Below are positions 1-10,690 of a stretch of DNA of 64,000 nt, piece after piece. Source of the DNA: Halorarum halobium (GTDB lineage Archaea; Halobacteriota; Halobacteria; Halobacteriales; Haloferacaceae); NCBI RefSeq assembly GCF_032116555.1, contig NZ_CP134949.1, positions 2,418,001-2,482,000 of the forward strand, read 5' to 3'. Each line of letters begins with the position of its first letter. The first letter of the stretch is position 1. Below the pieces are notes generated by a model. It did not search any database and was not told the origin of the DNA. It saw only the letters and a program-made list of their open reading frames with translations. Position numbers and translations under genes: made by a program.

Positions 1-986
1 CGCATCGTGACCGACGTCTCGCGGCGCTTCTGGGGGGAGAGCCCGCCCATGTCGTCGGGCTCCTCGAGGAACCGCGGGGGGCTCGTCTTCCCGAGCAGGA
101 CCGAGTTCTCGTCGACCTTCGTCTCGGGGTTGACGAGGCCGTCCTCGTCGAGGTGGGTGTACGCGTCCTCGCCGCGGGCGCCGCGGACGTCCTGGGAGGG
201 GATCTCGAAGCGGTCCTCCTGGCCGCCGGGGTAGCGCCGCTCCTCGCCCTCGTAGGTGCGGAAGAAGTGCGAGCGCGACATCGCGCGGTCGACCGACCCC
301 TTGTTCATGACCAGCGCGTCCTCGATGTTGAATCCCTCGTAGGACATGACGGCGACGACGAAGTTCTGCGCGGCGGGGCGCTCGTCGAAGCCGATCTGCT
401 CGGTCGTCTGGGTCTTCACCATCGACAGCTGCGGGTAGTGCATCAGGTGCTGCCGGGTGTCGGGCCGGATGCGGTAGTTGGCCGAGGGGAGCCCGAGCGA
501 CTGCTTCATCATCCCCGCGCCCATGGTGATCCGCGGGCTGGCGTTGTGTTCCGGATACGGGATCATGCCCGCGCCGATGCCGAAGATGAGCTGCGGGTCG
601 ATCTCGAGGTGGGTGGTGTTCTCGGTGATGTCGTCCTCGTCGACGGCGACGAGGATGTTTTCCTCCTCCTCGGCGTCGATGAACTCGACGAGGCCGTGCT
701 CGACGAGGTCCTCGAACTCGATCTCGCCGTCGTTCATCGCCTCGACGTGCTCGTCGTCGAGCATCGGCTCGCCGTTCTCCACGACGATGAGCGGCCGCCG
801 GGCGCGCCCGGCGTCGGCGTTCACGATGACCTCGCCGGTGCGCTCCCGCACCGAGACGTTCACCGTATCGGAGACGTCGCCGCGCCGACGCGCCTCCCGG
901 ATCTGTGCTGCGAGCTGGTTCGGGTCGGGGTGTGTCCCGACCAGGCTCCCGTTGACGTATACTTTCGCTTCTCGTGCCTGAGCCAT
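1..986 (-). CDS. rpoB1: DNA-directed RNA polymerase subunit B' (partial, runs off the left edge)
   Basis: Hand translation from ATG at 986: [22 protein letters not shown]...[24 protein letters not shown]...[11 protein letters not shown]; directly follows rpoB''. Confidence 0.96.
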   Translation of the reverse strand, partial: MAQAREAKVYVNGSLVGTHPDPNQLAAQIREARRRGDVSDTVNVSVRERTGEVIVNADAGRARRPLIVVENGEPMLDDEHVEAMNDGEIEFEDLVEHGLVEFIDAEEEENILVAVDEDDITENTTHLEIDPQLIFGIGAGMIPYPEHNASPRITMGAGMMKQSLGLPSANYRIRPDTRQHLMHYPQLSMVKTQTTEQIGFDERPAAQNFVVAVMSYEGFNIEDALVMNKGSVDRAMSRSHFFRTYEGEERRYPGGQEDRFEIPSQDVRGARGEDAYTHLDEDGLVNPETKVDENSVLLGKTSPPRFLEEPDDMGGLSPQKRRETSVTM

Positions 987-988
987 GT

Positions 989-2554
989 TTAGTCGTCCGC
1001 TGATGCGCGGTCCACGCCCTCGATGCCGGGCATCCCTTCGACGCCCATGGACGCGAGTTCACGTTTGAGTGCCTGTTCGTCCTCGATGTTCTGTGAGAGC
1101 TCCATCGCCTGCGCGAAGTTCTTCACGAGCCCGCAGTTGGGCCCCTCCGGGGTTTCGGAGGGACAGATGCGACCCCACTGGGTCGCGTGCAGGTCGCGCG
1201 CCTCGAAGTGCGGCTGGGACCGCGAGAGCGGCGAGCGGAGGCGACGAAGGTGTGAGAGCACGCCCATGTAGTCCGTCCGGTCGACGAGCTGGGAGACGCC
1301 CGAGCGGCCGCCCACCCAGTTCCCGGTGGCGATGGGGTGTTCGAGCCGTTCGGTGAGCACGTCCGAGCGAACCACCGTGTTGACGGTGAGCTGCCGGTTG
1401 CGCATGTTCGCACGTTCGAGCTGGTACTTCACGTCCCGGGCCAGCTTGTTCAGCGCCGTCCGGAACAGGTCGGTCATCAGGTCGCCCGAGACCTTGAGCC
1501 GCTTGTTCGCGTAGTGGTCCTTGTCGTCGGACTCGCGCCGGCCGAGCGCGAGTTCGAAGCAGGCTTCGGCCATCCGGCAGAGGTAGAACGCCTTGTTGCT
1601 GCGGGTCTCCTCGTCCTCGATGCCCTCCTCGTGGAGGTGCGGGAGGAGGTAGCGGTCGATGACGTAGTTCGCCCGCTTGAGCTGGTAGTTCTTCCCCTGG
1701 CCCGAGGCGACGCGCTCGCCGAGGGTCTCGATGGCCTCCTCCTCGGTCTGCACTTCGGCCTCCTCCAGGTTCTCCAGCATGTACTTCACGATCTCGGGGT
1801 CGTCCGAGACGCGGTGGACGATCTCCTCGTCGGATTCGAGCCCGAGCGCACGGACGAGGGTGACGAAGTTCACCGAGCCGGAGACCGACGGGAAGCTCAC
1901 TTCGAGCAGCCCCTCGCGGTTGCGCTCACAGAGGACCAGGGCGCGGTAGCCACGGCGCTGGGAGAACGTCTTGGCGACCTGGATCTCGTCGCCGTACTTC
2001 GTGTCGTACTCGGCGAGGATCTTGTTCGGCGCCAGGTCCTCCGAGGTCATCAGCACCCGCTCGGAGCCGTTGACGATGAAGTAGCCGCCGGGGTCGACGG
2101 GGTCCTCGCCGATCTCGACGAGTTCGTCGTCGGAAAAGCCCGCGATGTTGCACTTCTCGGAGCCGACCATGATCGGCATCCGACCGACCTTCGTCTCGGT
2201 CTGGTCGACGACCGTCTCCGGCTCCTCCTCGCCGCCGCGGATGACCTTCATCTCCATGAACACCGGGGCGGAGTAGGTGATGTTGCGGAGGCGGGCCTCC
2301 TGCGGGTAGAGCAGTTCCTCGGAGCCGTCGGCCTCGCGGACGCGCGGGGTCGTGATGCGCACGTCGCCGAGTTCGACGTAGACGGGCTCCTGTCCCTCCT
2401 TGTCGCCGATGTCGGTCTCGATGGTCTCCTTCTCGTCGACGACGCGCTGCATGCCCCGCGAGAGGAAGTTGTTGAACGACCGGAAGTGGTGTGCCGCGAG
2501 CCGTTCCTGGGAGAAGTACTCCCGGGACACCTCGCGTCGCGCCTCCCGGTTCAT
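989..2554 (-). CDS. rpoB2: DNA-directed RNA polymerase subunit B''
   Basis: [23 protein letters not shown] and [16 protein letters not shown] motifs. Confidence 0.98.
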   Translation of the reverse strand: MNREARREVSREYFSQERLAAHHFRSFNNFLSRGMQRVVDEKETIETDIGDKEGQEPVYVELGDVRITTPRVREADGSEELLYPQEARLRNITYSAPVFMEMKVIRGGEEEPETVVDQTETKVGRMPIMVGSEKCNIAGFSDDELVEIGEDPVDPGGYFIVNGSERVLMTSEDLAPNKILAEYDTKYGDEIQVAKTFSQRRGYRALVLCERNREGLLEVSFPSVSGSVNFVTLVRALGLESDEEIVHRVSDDPEIVKYMLENLEEAEVQTEEEAIETLGERVASGQGKNYQLKRANYVIDRYLLPHLHEEGIEDEETRSNKAFYLCRMAEACFELALGRRESDDKDHYANKRLKVSGDLMTDLFRTALNKLARDVKYQLERANMRNRQLTVNTVVRSDVLTERLEHPIATGNWVGGRSGVSQLVDRTDYMGVLSHLRRLRSPLSRSQPHFEARDLHATQWGRICPSETPEGPNCGLVKNFAQAMELSQNIEDEQALKRELASMGVEGMPGIEGVDRASADD

Positions 2555-2781
2555 TCTACCACCAGTCGGTAGACGACCGCCTGATCGGTGGTGCGGGAGT
2601 CGCGCTCGATGCGGATGACGTCGCCGACCTCCGCCTCGTCGGGGAGCGCGGGGTCCGTCCGCGTGATCTTCGGCAGGTCTGTTTTCTTCACGTTGTACTC
2701 CTCGAGGACCTCCTCGACGCGCTCGGGATCGTCGAGGACGCTGTGGTCCGGAACCAGTTCGTGTTCGCTTACGTTTACCAT
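2551..2781 (-). CDS. rpoH: DNA-directed RNA polymerase subunit H (Rpo5)
   Basis: [10 protein letters not shown]...[10 protein letters not shown]...[10 protein letters not shown]; 4-nt overlap with rpoB''. Confidence 0.97.
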   Translation of the reverse strand: MVNVSEHELVPDHSVLDDPERVEEVLEEYNVKKTDLPKITRTDPALPDEAEVGDVIRIERDSRTTDQAVVYRLVVE

Positions 2782-3040
2782 GAGTGGGTGGTGGTGGCGT
2801 TCGGCGTCGGCCTGTCCGGCTGGGGAGAAGTTGTCACGAGATACTACGGCGCACTATACGACTCAGACATTTAACGCTTGTCAAGTCGTCCGGGACGCGA
2901 CGCTAGTCGACCCGCAGGGTAGTACGGGCGAACAATCGGCGACGTGCCTCTTCAACCTTGCGCCGAGTGGTATCGGGGGACACGCCGGCGGTGGATAACA
3001 AGCCTTAATTACGTACCTCGGATACGAGTGAGTGCAGTAA

Positions 3041-3113
3041 GCCCGGATGGTGTAGTGGCCCATCATACGACCCTGTCACGGTCGTGACGCGGGTTCAAAT
3101 CCCGCTCCGGGCG
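3041..3113 (+). tRNA. tRNA-Asp (GTC), no intron, CCA not encoded
   Basis: Acceptor stem GCCCGGA/TCCGGGC, anticodon arm CGACC-CTGTCAC-GGTCG, T-loop TTCAAAT; TATA-like CTTAATTA about 30 bp upstream. Confidence 0.98.
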
Positions 3114-3352
3114 CTTTCTGACGTCGTCGAACGGCGAGCGATCGGTGTTCGACGAGCGAGTCCGGGACACCAGGACGGGGCCGACCGACCTGTGAGTCCC
3201 GCCACGGACGAATAGAGAGTCGCACCTGAGCCGATACCCGCATCGCGCTCGAACCCCTGGGGGTGAACAGACGAACGTTCATCGGTCGGCGGGGACGGTC
3301 CACCGGGCGATCGAACGGTGTCACTCCGAACTCCACGGCCAAGGTCGGCCCC

Positions 3353-4042
3353 TCAGCCGTCTCGGCCCTGATCAACGTTCGTGGGTGCGAGGCGCCCCCT
3401 CGTCGGCCGGTACTCGAACCCGAGCCGGTCCGGGTCCGATCGGGTCACCCACAGCACGCCGTCCACGGTCTCGGCGACCGCTTCCATCGTCACCTCGTCG
3501 TGGGCCGTGTAGTCCACGCCGAGCAGACAGAGCCCGTCGGCCGATCGGAGCCCCGTGATTCGCTCCAGCACCGTACACACGTGGTCGGTCGCCGCGGCGT
3601 CGAGAATCGGCGTGAGCGATCGCACGACCAGGTGTCGTGTGCCGTCCGGCGAACCGACGGTCCGGGACAGGTCCGAGAGCGCGACGACCAGGCGTTCGAG
3701 GTCGCCCGGGGACGGCGTGGAGAGGACGGGCTGATCGCCGTACGGGGCGGAGACTGACTCGCGCCCGCCGCTCGTGTCCACGAGCCCGAGCGACGGCCGA
3801 CCCGTCCCGGACGGGAGCCGCTCGTACGTCTCGATGGCGTGGCCGGCGGCGTCGGCGGTCGTGACCACGAGCGCGCCGTCGCCGGCCCGCCCGTATCGAT
3901 GGAGGGCGCGGAGGCAGACGGCGGCCAACGACGGCTCCCGGGTCCCCGCGACCAGCACGGTCGACCCGGTCGTGAGGCCGTCGGGGAACTCGACCGCCAG
4001 CGTGCCGTCAGGGTCGCCGGCCGGGGAGGGGGTCCCGTCCAT
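3353..4042 (-). CDS. Haloarchaeal RecA/KaiC-like fold protein without an intact P-loop (DUF7504-like)
   Basis: STVLVAG...ALVVTT...LGLVD...SPGDLERL...LVVRSLTPIL...VDGVLWV pattern; ATG at 4042 chosen within the longer ORF. Confidence 0.7.
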   Translation of the reverse strand: MDGTPSPAGDPDGTLAVEFPDGLTTGSTVLVAGTREPSLAAVCLRALHRYGRAGDGALVVTTADAAGHAIETYERLPSGTGRPSLGLVDTSGGRESVSAPYGDQPVLSTPSPGDLERLVVALSDLSRTVGSPDGTRHLVVRSLTPILDAAATDHVCTVLERITGLRSADGLCLLGVDYTAHDEVTMEAVAETVDGVLWVTRSDPDRLGFEYRPTRGRLAPTNVDQGRDG

Positions 4043-4044
4043 CG

Positions 4045-4257
4045 CTACTCGCCCCGCCGGCGTGATGGGGACCAGTTCGACCGGCGGCCGAGCCGCGACA
4101 GCGCCCGTTCCGGGGAGGTCCAGGCTCCACATCGAGGGCACTCGGCGAGCGCGATCTCCCCGTTCAGGTCGGTCGAACCGGGTCGACCCCGCGCGTAAAC
4201 CGTGTGGTCGACGAGGTCCGCTCCACGCGCCGAACGGGGGACGTTCATTTCGTTCAT
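4045..4257 (-). CDS. Small CPxCG-type zinc-finger-like protein, first knuckle degenerate
   Basis: Contains ECPRCG; stop codon lies 2 nt before the next ATG. Confidence 0.35.
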   Translation of the reverse strand: MNEMNVPRSARGADLVDHTVYARGRPGSTDLNGEIALAECPRCGAWTSPERALSRLGRRSNWSPSRRRGE

Positions 4258-4895
4258 GGATAGAGAGGGTGCGGCCGGCCCGTCGGGGACACCCACGGCT
4301 CCCCCCGACGGCGGCATCCGGCACGGCGCATCTCGGAGCAGTGCCATCGAACGACGCCACCGTGGCGGCGGCGAACCGATGGGCGAACGAAGAATGGACG
4401 GGTCGACGTCCGTGACGAATTTTCGGGCGGTATCAGGTAAATAGGTTACGCTGGGGCGTCGGGGCCGGCCGTTCCGATCGGCGGCCCCGTCCGCGTCGTC
4501 GAACCCCGACGACTAATCGACTCTCGACTCACCGGTCCCGTGTCCGAACGTCGGTCTGCCACGGGAGCGTCCGATGCCGACGACGGGCGCCCGATGAGGC
4601 CATCCGGCTGAGGGCGTGTATCGCGAGCCTTCGGCAGTGACCGCCGTTGCCATAGCTTCCGTGGGCCCCACGCTGGCATACATGGGAACGAGTACTCCGG
4701 CAGCCCGTTCCGGGGGCGTCTCCCGGACGGGCCTGCTTCTGTTCGTGCTTCGAGCCACCCGTCGTGCGGTCGATACGCCTGGCGGTAGAACCGGAGCAGC
4801 GGCCCCGCCGCGGTTCGGAGAGGAGGGCGGGTCCCTCAGCGGGACCGACCGGGAGAAGGGGAACTTCCATACCTGCAGCGTCCCACGTGGTCGAT

Positions 4896-5270
4896 ATGAC
4901 CGCCGAACCCAGGCCGACCGTCGCCGACGTCATGTCGACGCCGCTGGAGACGATCTCGAAGGACGCGACGGTAGAGGAAGCCGCGCGGCGGATGCAGGAG
5001 GAGGGGATCAGCGCGCTGGTCGTGCTCACCTCGCCACGATCGATCGTCAGCAGCACGGACGTGCTCGGGGCCGTCGCCGACGGCCGCGACACCTCCGTCC
5101 TCACCGTGGCCGACGTGATGACGACCGACGTCGAGACCGCTTCCCCGGAACTCTACATGGAGGAGGCCGCCGCGATGATGGCGACGTACGGCATCAAACA
5201 CCTCCCGGTCGTCGACGACGACTACGTCGGGATGATCTCCTCGACGGACGTCACCGCCCACCTCTCGTAG
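4896..5270 (+). CDS. CBS-domain (pair) protein
   Basis: TVADVMSTP...EAARRM and TVADVMTT...IKHLPVVDD..VGMISSTD repeats. Confidence 0.92.
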   Translation: MTAEPRPTVADVMSTPLETISKDATVEEAARRMQEEGISALVVLTSPRSIVSSTDVLGAVADGRDTSVLTVADVMTTDVETASPELYMEEAAAMMATYGIKHLPVVDDDYVGMISSTDVTAHLS

Positions 5271-5450
5271 GCGACGTTCGCCGGGAGTCGATCGCCATCG
5301 CTCCGGAGTCGTTCCCGTGAACGGCCCACTCGACGCCCCAAACTGGGTCCTCACTACGAGACCGGACGGGAAACCGTGTCGCGTGAGGGTCGGCTGATTC
5401 GATCCGATCGGCGCCCGATCACGGCGTGAAACCGGGCGAGCGAACGGCGA

Positions 5451-7355
5451 TCAGCCCACGCGGATCCAGAGCAGGTTCCAGTACTGCAGGAGCCAGTACA
5501 GGGCGGCGGACGCGACGACGACCGCCGAGTAGTGCAGGCGAGCGGGAAGCGACCACTCGGCTCGGAGCCACGCCCGCCCCGCGAGGCCGACCGCGGCGGT
5601 GGTCGCGAGGACGCCCGCCGTCGGCACGACGAACACGGCCTCGAACCACCCCGGTGGACGATTGAACAGGGTCGGCCCGTCCGTCGCCGCCACCGCGACG
5701 CTCGTCGCGACGAGGACGGCGACGAACAGTGCGGTGCCGGCGACGCCCGCACCGGCGACCCACCGCGCACGGGTGAGCGGCGGCGGCGGCGAGTCGCCCC
5801 CGCGATACCGACGCCAGCCGCGGGCGGCCGGCCAGCCGACGAGGCCGGTGAGGACGGTCACCGCGGCGAGGGCCGCGAGCCGTCCCTGAGTCGACAACTG
5901 CTCGTGATAGCCGATCGGCTCGTAGGCGCTCAGTCCGTCCAGCAGGTGTGTCACGTCGCCGCCGTCCTCGCGGAACAGCAGCGTCGCATCCGCCTCGACG
6001 TGCCTGAAGACGAGCGGGTCGATCTCCACCCACTCCTCCCGTCCGTCCCCCTGCTCGGTTATCAGCCGGCCGTCGTCGGCGACTCGAACGTCGATCGGCC
6101 GCCCGGTGAAGAGACCGAAGACGGGCTTCTCGGCGGTCGCGTTGTCGGTCGTGTTGACGGAGCGATACCGGCCGCCGAGTTCGTCGGCGCGCTCGGGCGG
6201 TCCCGACGGCGTGAGCCGTTCGCCGGTCGATTGAGTCGGCGCGAACCGCTCGAACAGCGCGTCCACCACGACCTGCTTCGCCCCGGACGCTTCCTCGCCG
6301 TGGGCGACGACGAACAGGCCGACTCCGTCGTCGGGAAGCAGCGCGAATTCGGATGAGAACTGTGGGACTGCGCCGCCGTGTCTGACCAGTCGCGTCTCCC
6401 CGCGGGACTGCTCGAACAGGCCGAACGCCATCCCGTCGACCGCCTCGTGGGGCGTGTACCACCGCCGGTGCATCTCCTCGACCGCGTCGGCCGAGAGGAC
6501 CCGTTCACCGTCGACGACGCCGGCGTTCAGGTGCGCCCGGAGCAGCCGCGCCATGTCCGCGCCGGTCGTGTGAAACCCGGACGCGGGAGCGACGTCGGAG
6601 TAGAAGCTCACGACGTCTTCGACGGCCGTTCCCTCGGCCGGGACGAGGCCGGGCGGCGCGGGGTCGAACGTGCTGTTCGTCATCCCCAGCGGGTCACGGA
6701 CGTTCTCGGTGACGTAGGTTCCGAACGTCTCGCCGGTGACGTCCGCGATCAACTGGCCCGTCAGCGCCGCGGCGTAGTTCGTGTACTGGGGGAGTTCGCC
6801 GGGCGGCCGGACGCGTGTCGGGACGTCGGTCGAAACCGACTCCGCGAGCGGACGCACGTACTCGGGGTCCCGAACCGAATCACCCCAGCCACGGACCTCG
6901 AAGCCCGGCGTGTGCGTGGCGAGATGTTCGAGCGTGATGGGGTCGTCGTACCGCCGCGGGAGGTCGACGGCCTCGAGGGAGTCGTTCACCGGTTCGTCCG
7001 GGTCGATCCGATCGCGGTCGACCAGCTGCATCGCCGCCGACCACGTGACCACCTTCGACACCGAGCCGGCGCGAAAGAGCGTCTCGTCGGCCCGGACCGG
7101 CACGTCCTCGCTCCGAAACGCGTGGCCGTACCCCTTCGTGAGGACGTCGTCGCCGTCGACGACCGCGACCGTCAATCCGCCGGCGTCGTGGTCGGTCAAC
7201 GCCCGGTTCGCGGTCTCGTCGAGCAGTGCTTCGAGGCCGTCCTGCCGGGTCGTCGCGGATTCGCCGCGTGCGAGCCCGCTGGCGGCGACGGCCGTTCCGA
7301 CACCGGCTGCGGCGGTTCGGGACAACACCTGACGTCGTGAGAGGGCGGTTTGCAT
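5451..7355 (-). CDS. Tat-exported serine hydrolase, class C beta-lactamase/DD-peptidase family, with C-terminal membrane helices
   Basis: LSRRQVL Tat motif; SxxK (GSVSK), LATHTPG, YxN (YTN), HGG; three hydrophobic C-terminal segments. Confidence 0.88.
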   Translation of the reverse strand: MQTALSRRQVLSRTAAAGVGTAVAASGLARGESATTRQDGLEALLDETANRALTDHDAGGLTVAVVDGDDVLTKGYGHAFRSEDVPVRADETLFRAGSVSKVVTWSAAMQLVDRDRIDPDEPVNDSLEAVDLPRRYDDPITLEHLATHTPGFEVRGWGDSVRDPEYVRPLAESVSTDVPTRVRPPGELPQYTNYAAALTGQLIADVTGETFGTYVTENVRDPLGMTNSTFDPAPPGLVPAEGTAVEDVVSFYSDVAPASGFHTTGADMARLLRAHLNAGVVDGERVLSADAVEEMHRRWYTPHEAVDGMAFGLFEQSRGETRLVRHGGAVPQFSSEFALLPDDGVGLFVVAHGEEASGAKQVVVDALFERFAPTQSTGERLTPSGPPERADELGGRYRSVNTTDNATAEKPVFGLFTGRPIDVRVADDGRLITEQGDGREEWVEIDPLVFRHVEADATLLFREDGGDVTHLLDGLSAYEPIGYHEQLSTQGRLAALAAVTVLTGLVGWPAARGWRRYRGGDSPPPPLTRARWVAGAGVAGTALFVAVLVATSVAVAATDGPTLFNRPPGWFEAVFVVPTAGVLATTAAVGLAGRAWLRAEWSLPARLHYSAVVVASAALYWLLQYWNLLWIRVG

Positions 7356-7960
7356 CGGGTAGGGGGCTGTGAGTCCGTCGGTTCGCGCCTCGGGGGGCGG
7401 CCGCCGTTCGCCGCGTCCGGTGACGACGCGAGCGCTCGCGTCGACCCGGTGGAGCCGAACTGGAGGGGGGAGACTCCGTCGTGGCTCTCGTGTCTCGACA
7501 GTGTCGTGAACCGGTGATAAAATCCACAGATCGTCCTGGAAGGAATAGGTATAAATCGGGGCGGTGGACCCACGCGGAGCCAACGCCGGTTGTCGGCCCG
7601 CCCGCTCCGGCCAGCGGCCGGAGCGCGACGGTGGCGGCTCGACCCGAGCGGAGCTGCGGTGGTTCGTCGGCTCACGCCGGTGGTGGACGCGGTTTCGTGA
7701 GCGCTTCCCGGCGCGTATCGTCCACGACCGTGACCGATCGTGATCGAACTCGCTACCGATCGGTACGGGAGATGTGCACATCATGTTCCGGTTGCTGTGT
7801 GAGGATACGAGTGAATATGCCTCTTAACTGTCCTGGGGACGTTCGAGATGACGTCGGAACAGAGTATGCGTCCGCTCGCACACGCAGTGGACGTCGTTCT
7901 GACGGCGATAGCCGTCCATTCCCGTGGGTCTCCCCACGTGGGTTCGCATACACAGTTCAG

Positions 7961-8329
7961 ATGGCCACTGAGCCGTACAACCGAATCCACATGGACCGCC
8001 AGCAATCGACCCACCCCGACAGGATGAGTCAGCTTCTGAGTACCCTTGCGACAGAGGAGAGCCGCGCTACGCTCGACTACTTCCAATCCACATCGGACGA
8101 TATGGCTTCGGTTGCGGAGCTCGCAGATGAACTGAACGAGTATGGAACGAAAGACACGGAACGGATCGCCATCCAGTTGCACCACAGTACCCTCCCCAAA
8201 CTGGCGGACGTGGGCGCCGTCGAGTACGACCCGAGAAGCAGAACGGTGCGGTACCGGGGTCACGACGAACTGGAACTGCTGTTGGGCGGTATACAGACTG
8301 CTGAACGACGGATGGACTGTCCGTGCTGA
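7961..8329 (+). CDS. Haloarchaeal winged-helix protein (DUF7344-like)
   Basis: IQLHHSTLPKLADVGAVEYD motif. Confidence 0.8.
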   Translation: MATEPYNRIHMDRQQSTHPDRMSQLLSTLATEESRATLDYFQSTSDDMASVAELADELNEYGTKDTERIAIQLHHSTLPKLADVGAVEYDPRSRTVRYRGHDELELLLGGIQTAERRMDCPC

Positions 8330-8404
8330 CTGAAACTGTGTTCGCCATGTAAGCAGGCCCACGGACCAGCCGATTCACCGCATCGTGACCGGGATGAAGC
8401 CGGG

Positions 8405-8472
8405 TCAACGTTCCCAGCGGCGGTCACCGTGGTCGCGCCACCGGCTGTTCTCACGAACTCGCGTCGGTTCAT
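8405..8472 (-). pseudogene. Orphan Tat signal peptide remnant (MNRREFVRTAGGATT...) of a deleted secreted-protein gene
   Basis: Canonical twin-arginine start followed by non-protein-like sequence. Confidence 0.35.
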
Positions 8473-8597
8473 CCGTGTGAGGATGGTGGGCTGTGAGGGA
8501 ACGCCGGGTGACCCAGTCCGGCTCGATCAGAACGGCCGGCCCGGGCCGTACACCCCCGATGCCGTGAACGCTCGGCAGATGCCGGGCGAAGCGAGTT

Positions 8598-9788
8598 ATG
8601 CGTGGACGTCGAAACCTGCCCCGAGTGGAAGGCCAGGATCGCGACGCCGGCGCCCCGTCCGGGTCCGACGGCGACACGAGCGTCCACGTCGGGCGACGCC
8701 AACTGCTACAGACGGGAGTGAGCGTCGGCGCGAGCGCCGGCCTCGTCTGGGGGTTCGGCACGGACTACGTCTCGGCGGGGCGGACGGAGACGATCACCTA
8801 CGCGATGGCCCGGCCCGAACCGGGATCGAACACGCTCGAACCCCGAACGCGAGAGGTGCCGGTCGAGTGGTACCGGAGCCTCAGGCTCGCGTTCGAGGTG
8901 CAGGCGGAGATCCTCGAGGCGGGCCTCTCGCCGCTGATCGGCTCCTTCGTCGTGCCGGGCACGCTCGCCGAACCGGCGGCGTCGATCCGGGTCGACGCGA
9001 CCGACGAGCGCGTCTCCGCGACGCTCGAGGACGTGGCGGAGGGCGTCGCGGTCGACGTGAACCTCGTCGACGCGATCCCGCCGAAACCTGGCCCCGAGAC
9101 CGCCCTCGCGGACGCCTACCGGGTGTCCGATCTGGCGCGCGGGCGCGTCCCCGGCGGCGTCGTCTGTACCGCCGGCGGCTCGTTCGGCACGCTCGCGCCG
9201 GCGCTGTTCGACGCCGAGAGCGGGTCGCGCTTCTTTGCGACCTCGAACCACGTGTTCGGCGCCTCGGGGACGAAGGAGACCGAACACCGCGGCGAACCGC
9301 TGTCGGTCCGCTACCGGGACGACGGCCGCCACGTCGGGGACGTCCGGAGGGGGTACCCGCTGGCGGACGTCGTCCGCGTCGCGCCCGTCGAGGGGTTCCG
9401 TCCGGCATCGGCCATCGAACGGGCGACGCCGTCGCGAGTCATCGGCCAGTACACGAAGCTCGGGCTGGCGGACCTCGTCGCACGCGGGGAGCCGCTCACC
9501 AAGGTCGGCGCGCTGTCGGGTCGAACGACCGGCAGGATCCGAGGGATCGACGGCGTGACCTGCTACTCGGGGAAGGCCTGCAAGCTCGGCCAGGTCAAGT
9601 GGGGCGACGCGCGGAGCATCCTCGACGGGGACAGCGGCTCCGTGACGTTCCACGAGGACCCCGAACGTCCCGGGGAGTGCGTCCTCGTCGGGAGCATCAA
9701 CAACGCCCGGTCGTGGTGGTCGGGGGCGGACTTCGTCTGGGGGACCGCCGCACACCACCTGCTCGACGCGTTCGGCTGTCACTTTTGA
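8598..9788 (+). CDS. Probably secreted chymotrypsin-fold serine protease
   Basis: GRRQLL Tat-like motif plus hydrophobic stretch; triad motifs TSNHV (His), LADVV (Asp), GDSGS (Ser). Confidence 0.7.
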   Translation: MRGRRNLPRVEGQDRDAGAPSGSDGDTSVHVGRRQLLQTGVSVGASAGLVWGFGTDYVSAGRTETITYAMARPEPGSNTLEPRTREVPVEWYRSLRLAFEVQAEILEAGLSPLIGSFVVPGTLAEPAASIRVDATDERVSATLEDVAEGVAVDVNLVDAIPPKPGPETALADAYRVSDLARGRVPGGVVCTAGGSFGTLAPALFDAESGSRFFATSNHVFGASGTKETEHRGEPLSVRYRDDGRHVGDVRRGYPLADVVRVAPVEGFRPASAIERATPSRVIGQYTKLGLADLVARGEPLTKVGALSGRTTGRIRGIDGVTCYSGKACKLGQVKWGDARSILDGDSGSVTFHEDPERPGECVLVGSINNARSWWSGADFVWGTAAHHLLDAFGCHF

Positions 9789-9830
9789 GCCGGACTTTTG
9801 GCTCGTGAGGCCGTACGGACGACGGTGACC

Positions 9831-10058
9831 ATGCCCGACGCCTCGCGGGTTTCTGATCGACTCGACGCGGTTCACCGGTCGGTACCCTGGCAGCTCGTCC
9901 TGCGTGACCTGGGAGCCACCTTCGTGTGGGTCGTCGCGGTCTCACTCCTGTTTCGGGCGACCGGGTGGCCGACGTGGCCCTACGTCGTCACCGTGTTCGC
10001 GGGCGTCCTCATTTACTCGCTGCTCGCTGACCCGTGGACGACCGCGCCCGACGACTGA
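9831..10058 (+). CDS. Small two-TM membrane protein
   Basis: Two hydrophobic segments; follows the protease gene. Confidence 0.6.
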   Translation: MPDASRVSDRLDAVHRSVPWQLVLRDLGATFVWVVAVSLLFRATGWPTWPYVVTVFAGVLIYSLLADPWTTAPDD

Positions 10059-10218
10059 GGTGGGTTGCGCGGTTCGGTAGTCGGTTCGTCCCCGGGCGCT
10101 GACGCCTCGCCCCGCCACCTCGTCGGCCGGAGCCCCCGGCCACCCTCGCCGTCCAGCAGCCGTGGAGTTCTGCTCGCCCGTCGTCCGCCGTGGAGTCCGA
10201 TTCGTCCGTCGTCGAGTC

Positions 10219-10485
10219 TTACTCCTCGGTCGTGATCGCGTCGCGCTCGTGGGTCTCCGCCAGCAGTTCGTCGCGCTGGACCATGGCCGAGTTCGGCTCG
10301 GCGCGGGAGGTGGACCGGGGGACCCGGAACTTCACGTGGACGTAGCGACCGCGGTCGTCGACGCCGACGATGTTCGGGACGATGCCGGTCGTCTCCTCCT
10401 GCTCGACGGTCACGGTCTTCCCCGTCAACTCCGTGTACACCTCGCCGAGCAGCGCGCTCGGCCACCCACTGACGTCGTCGTTCAT
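10219..10485 (-). CDS. Hypothetical acidic protein
   Basis: Acidic composition and haloarchaeal codon bias from ATG 10485. Confidence 0.5.
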   Translation of the reverse strand: MNDDVSGWPSALLGEVYTELTGKTVTVEQEETTGIVPNIVGVDDRGRYVHVKFRVPRSTSRAEPNSAMVQRDELLAETHERDAITTEE

Positions 10486-10690
10486 CGCTCGGATCGGTAC
10501 GGACGAGCCGTAAAAACGTTCGGCGCCGATTCTCAGCGCGCGAACCGCGCCCGTCGAGTCCGTCGGTTCCACCACGCCGACCGGTGCAGCCACGTCGCCA
10601 CGCGGGGGGTTCGGGCGGTACCGGTCGCACGTCGCCGCTCCTGGCTCTCGTTCGGCAGGCGTGGCCAGCACCGGGGCGCGCCGAGCCCGC

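Noticed and set aside
3041..3113. tRNA-Asp as integration site (attL) of the downstream island
   Set aside because: I found no duplicated tRNA 3' end and no integrase in the window, by eye only.
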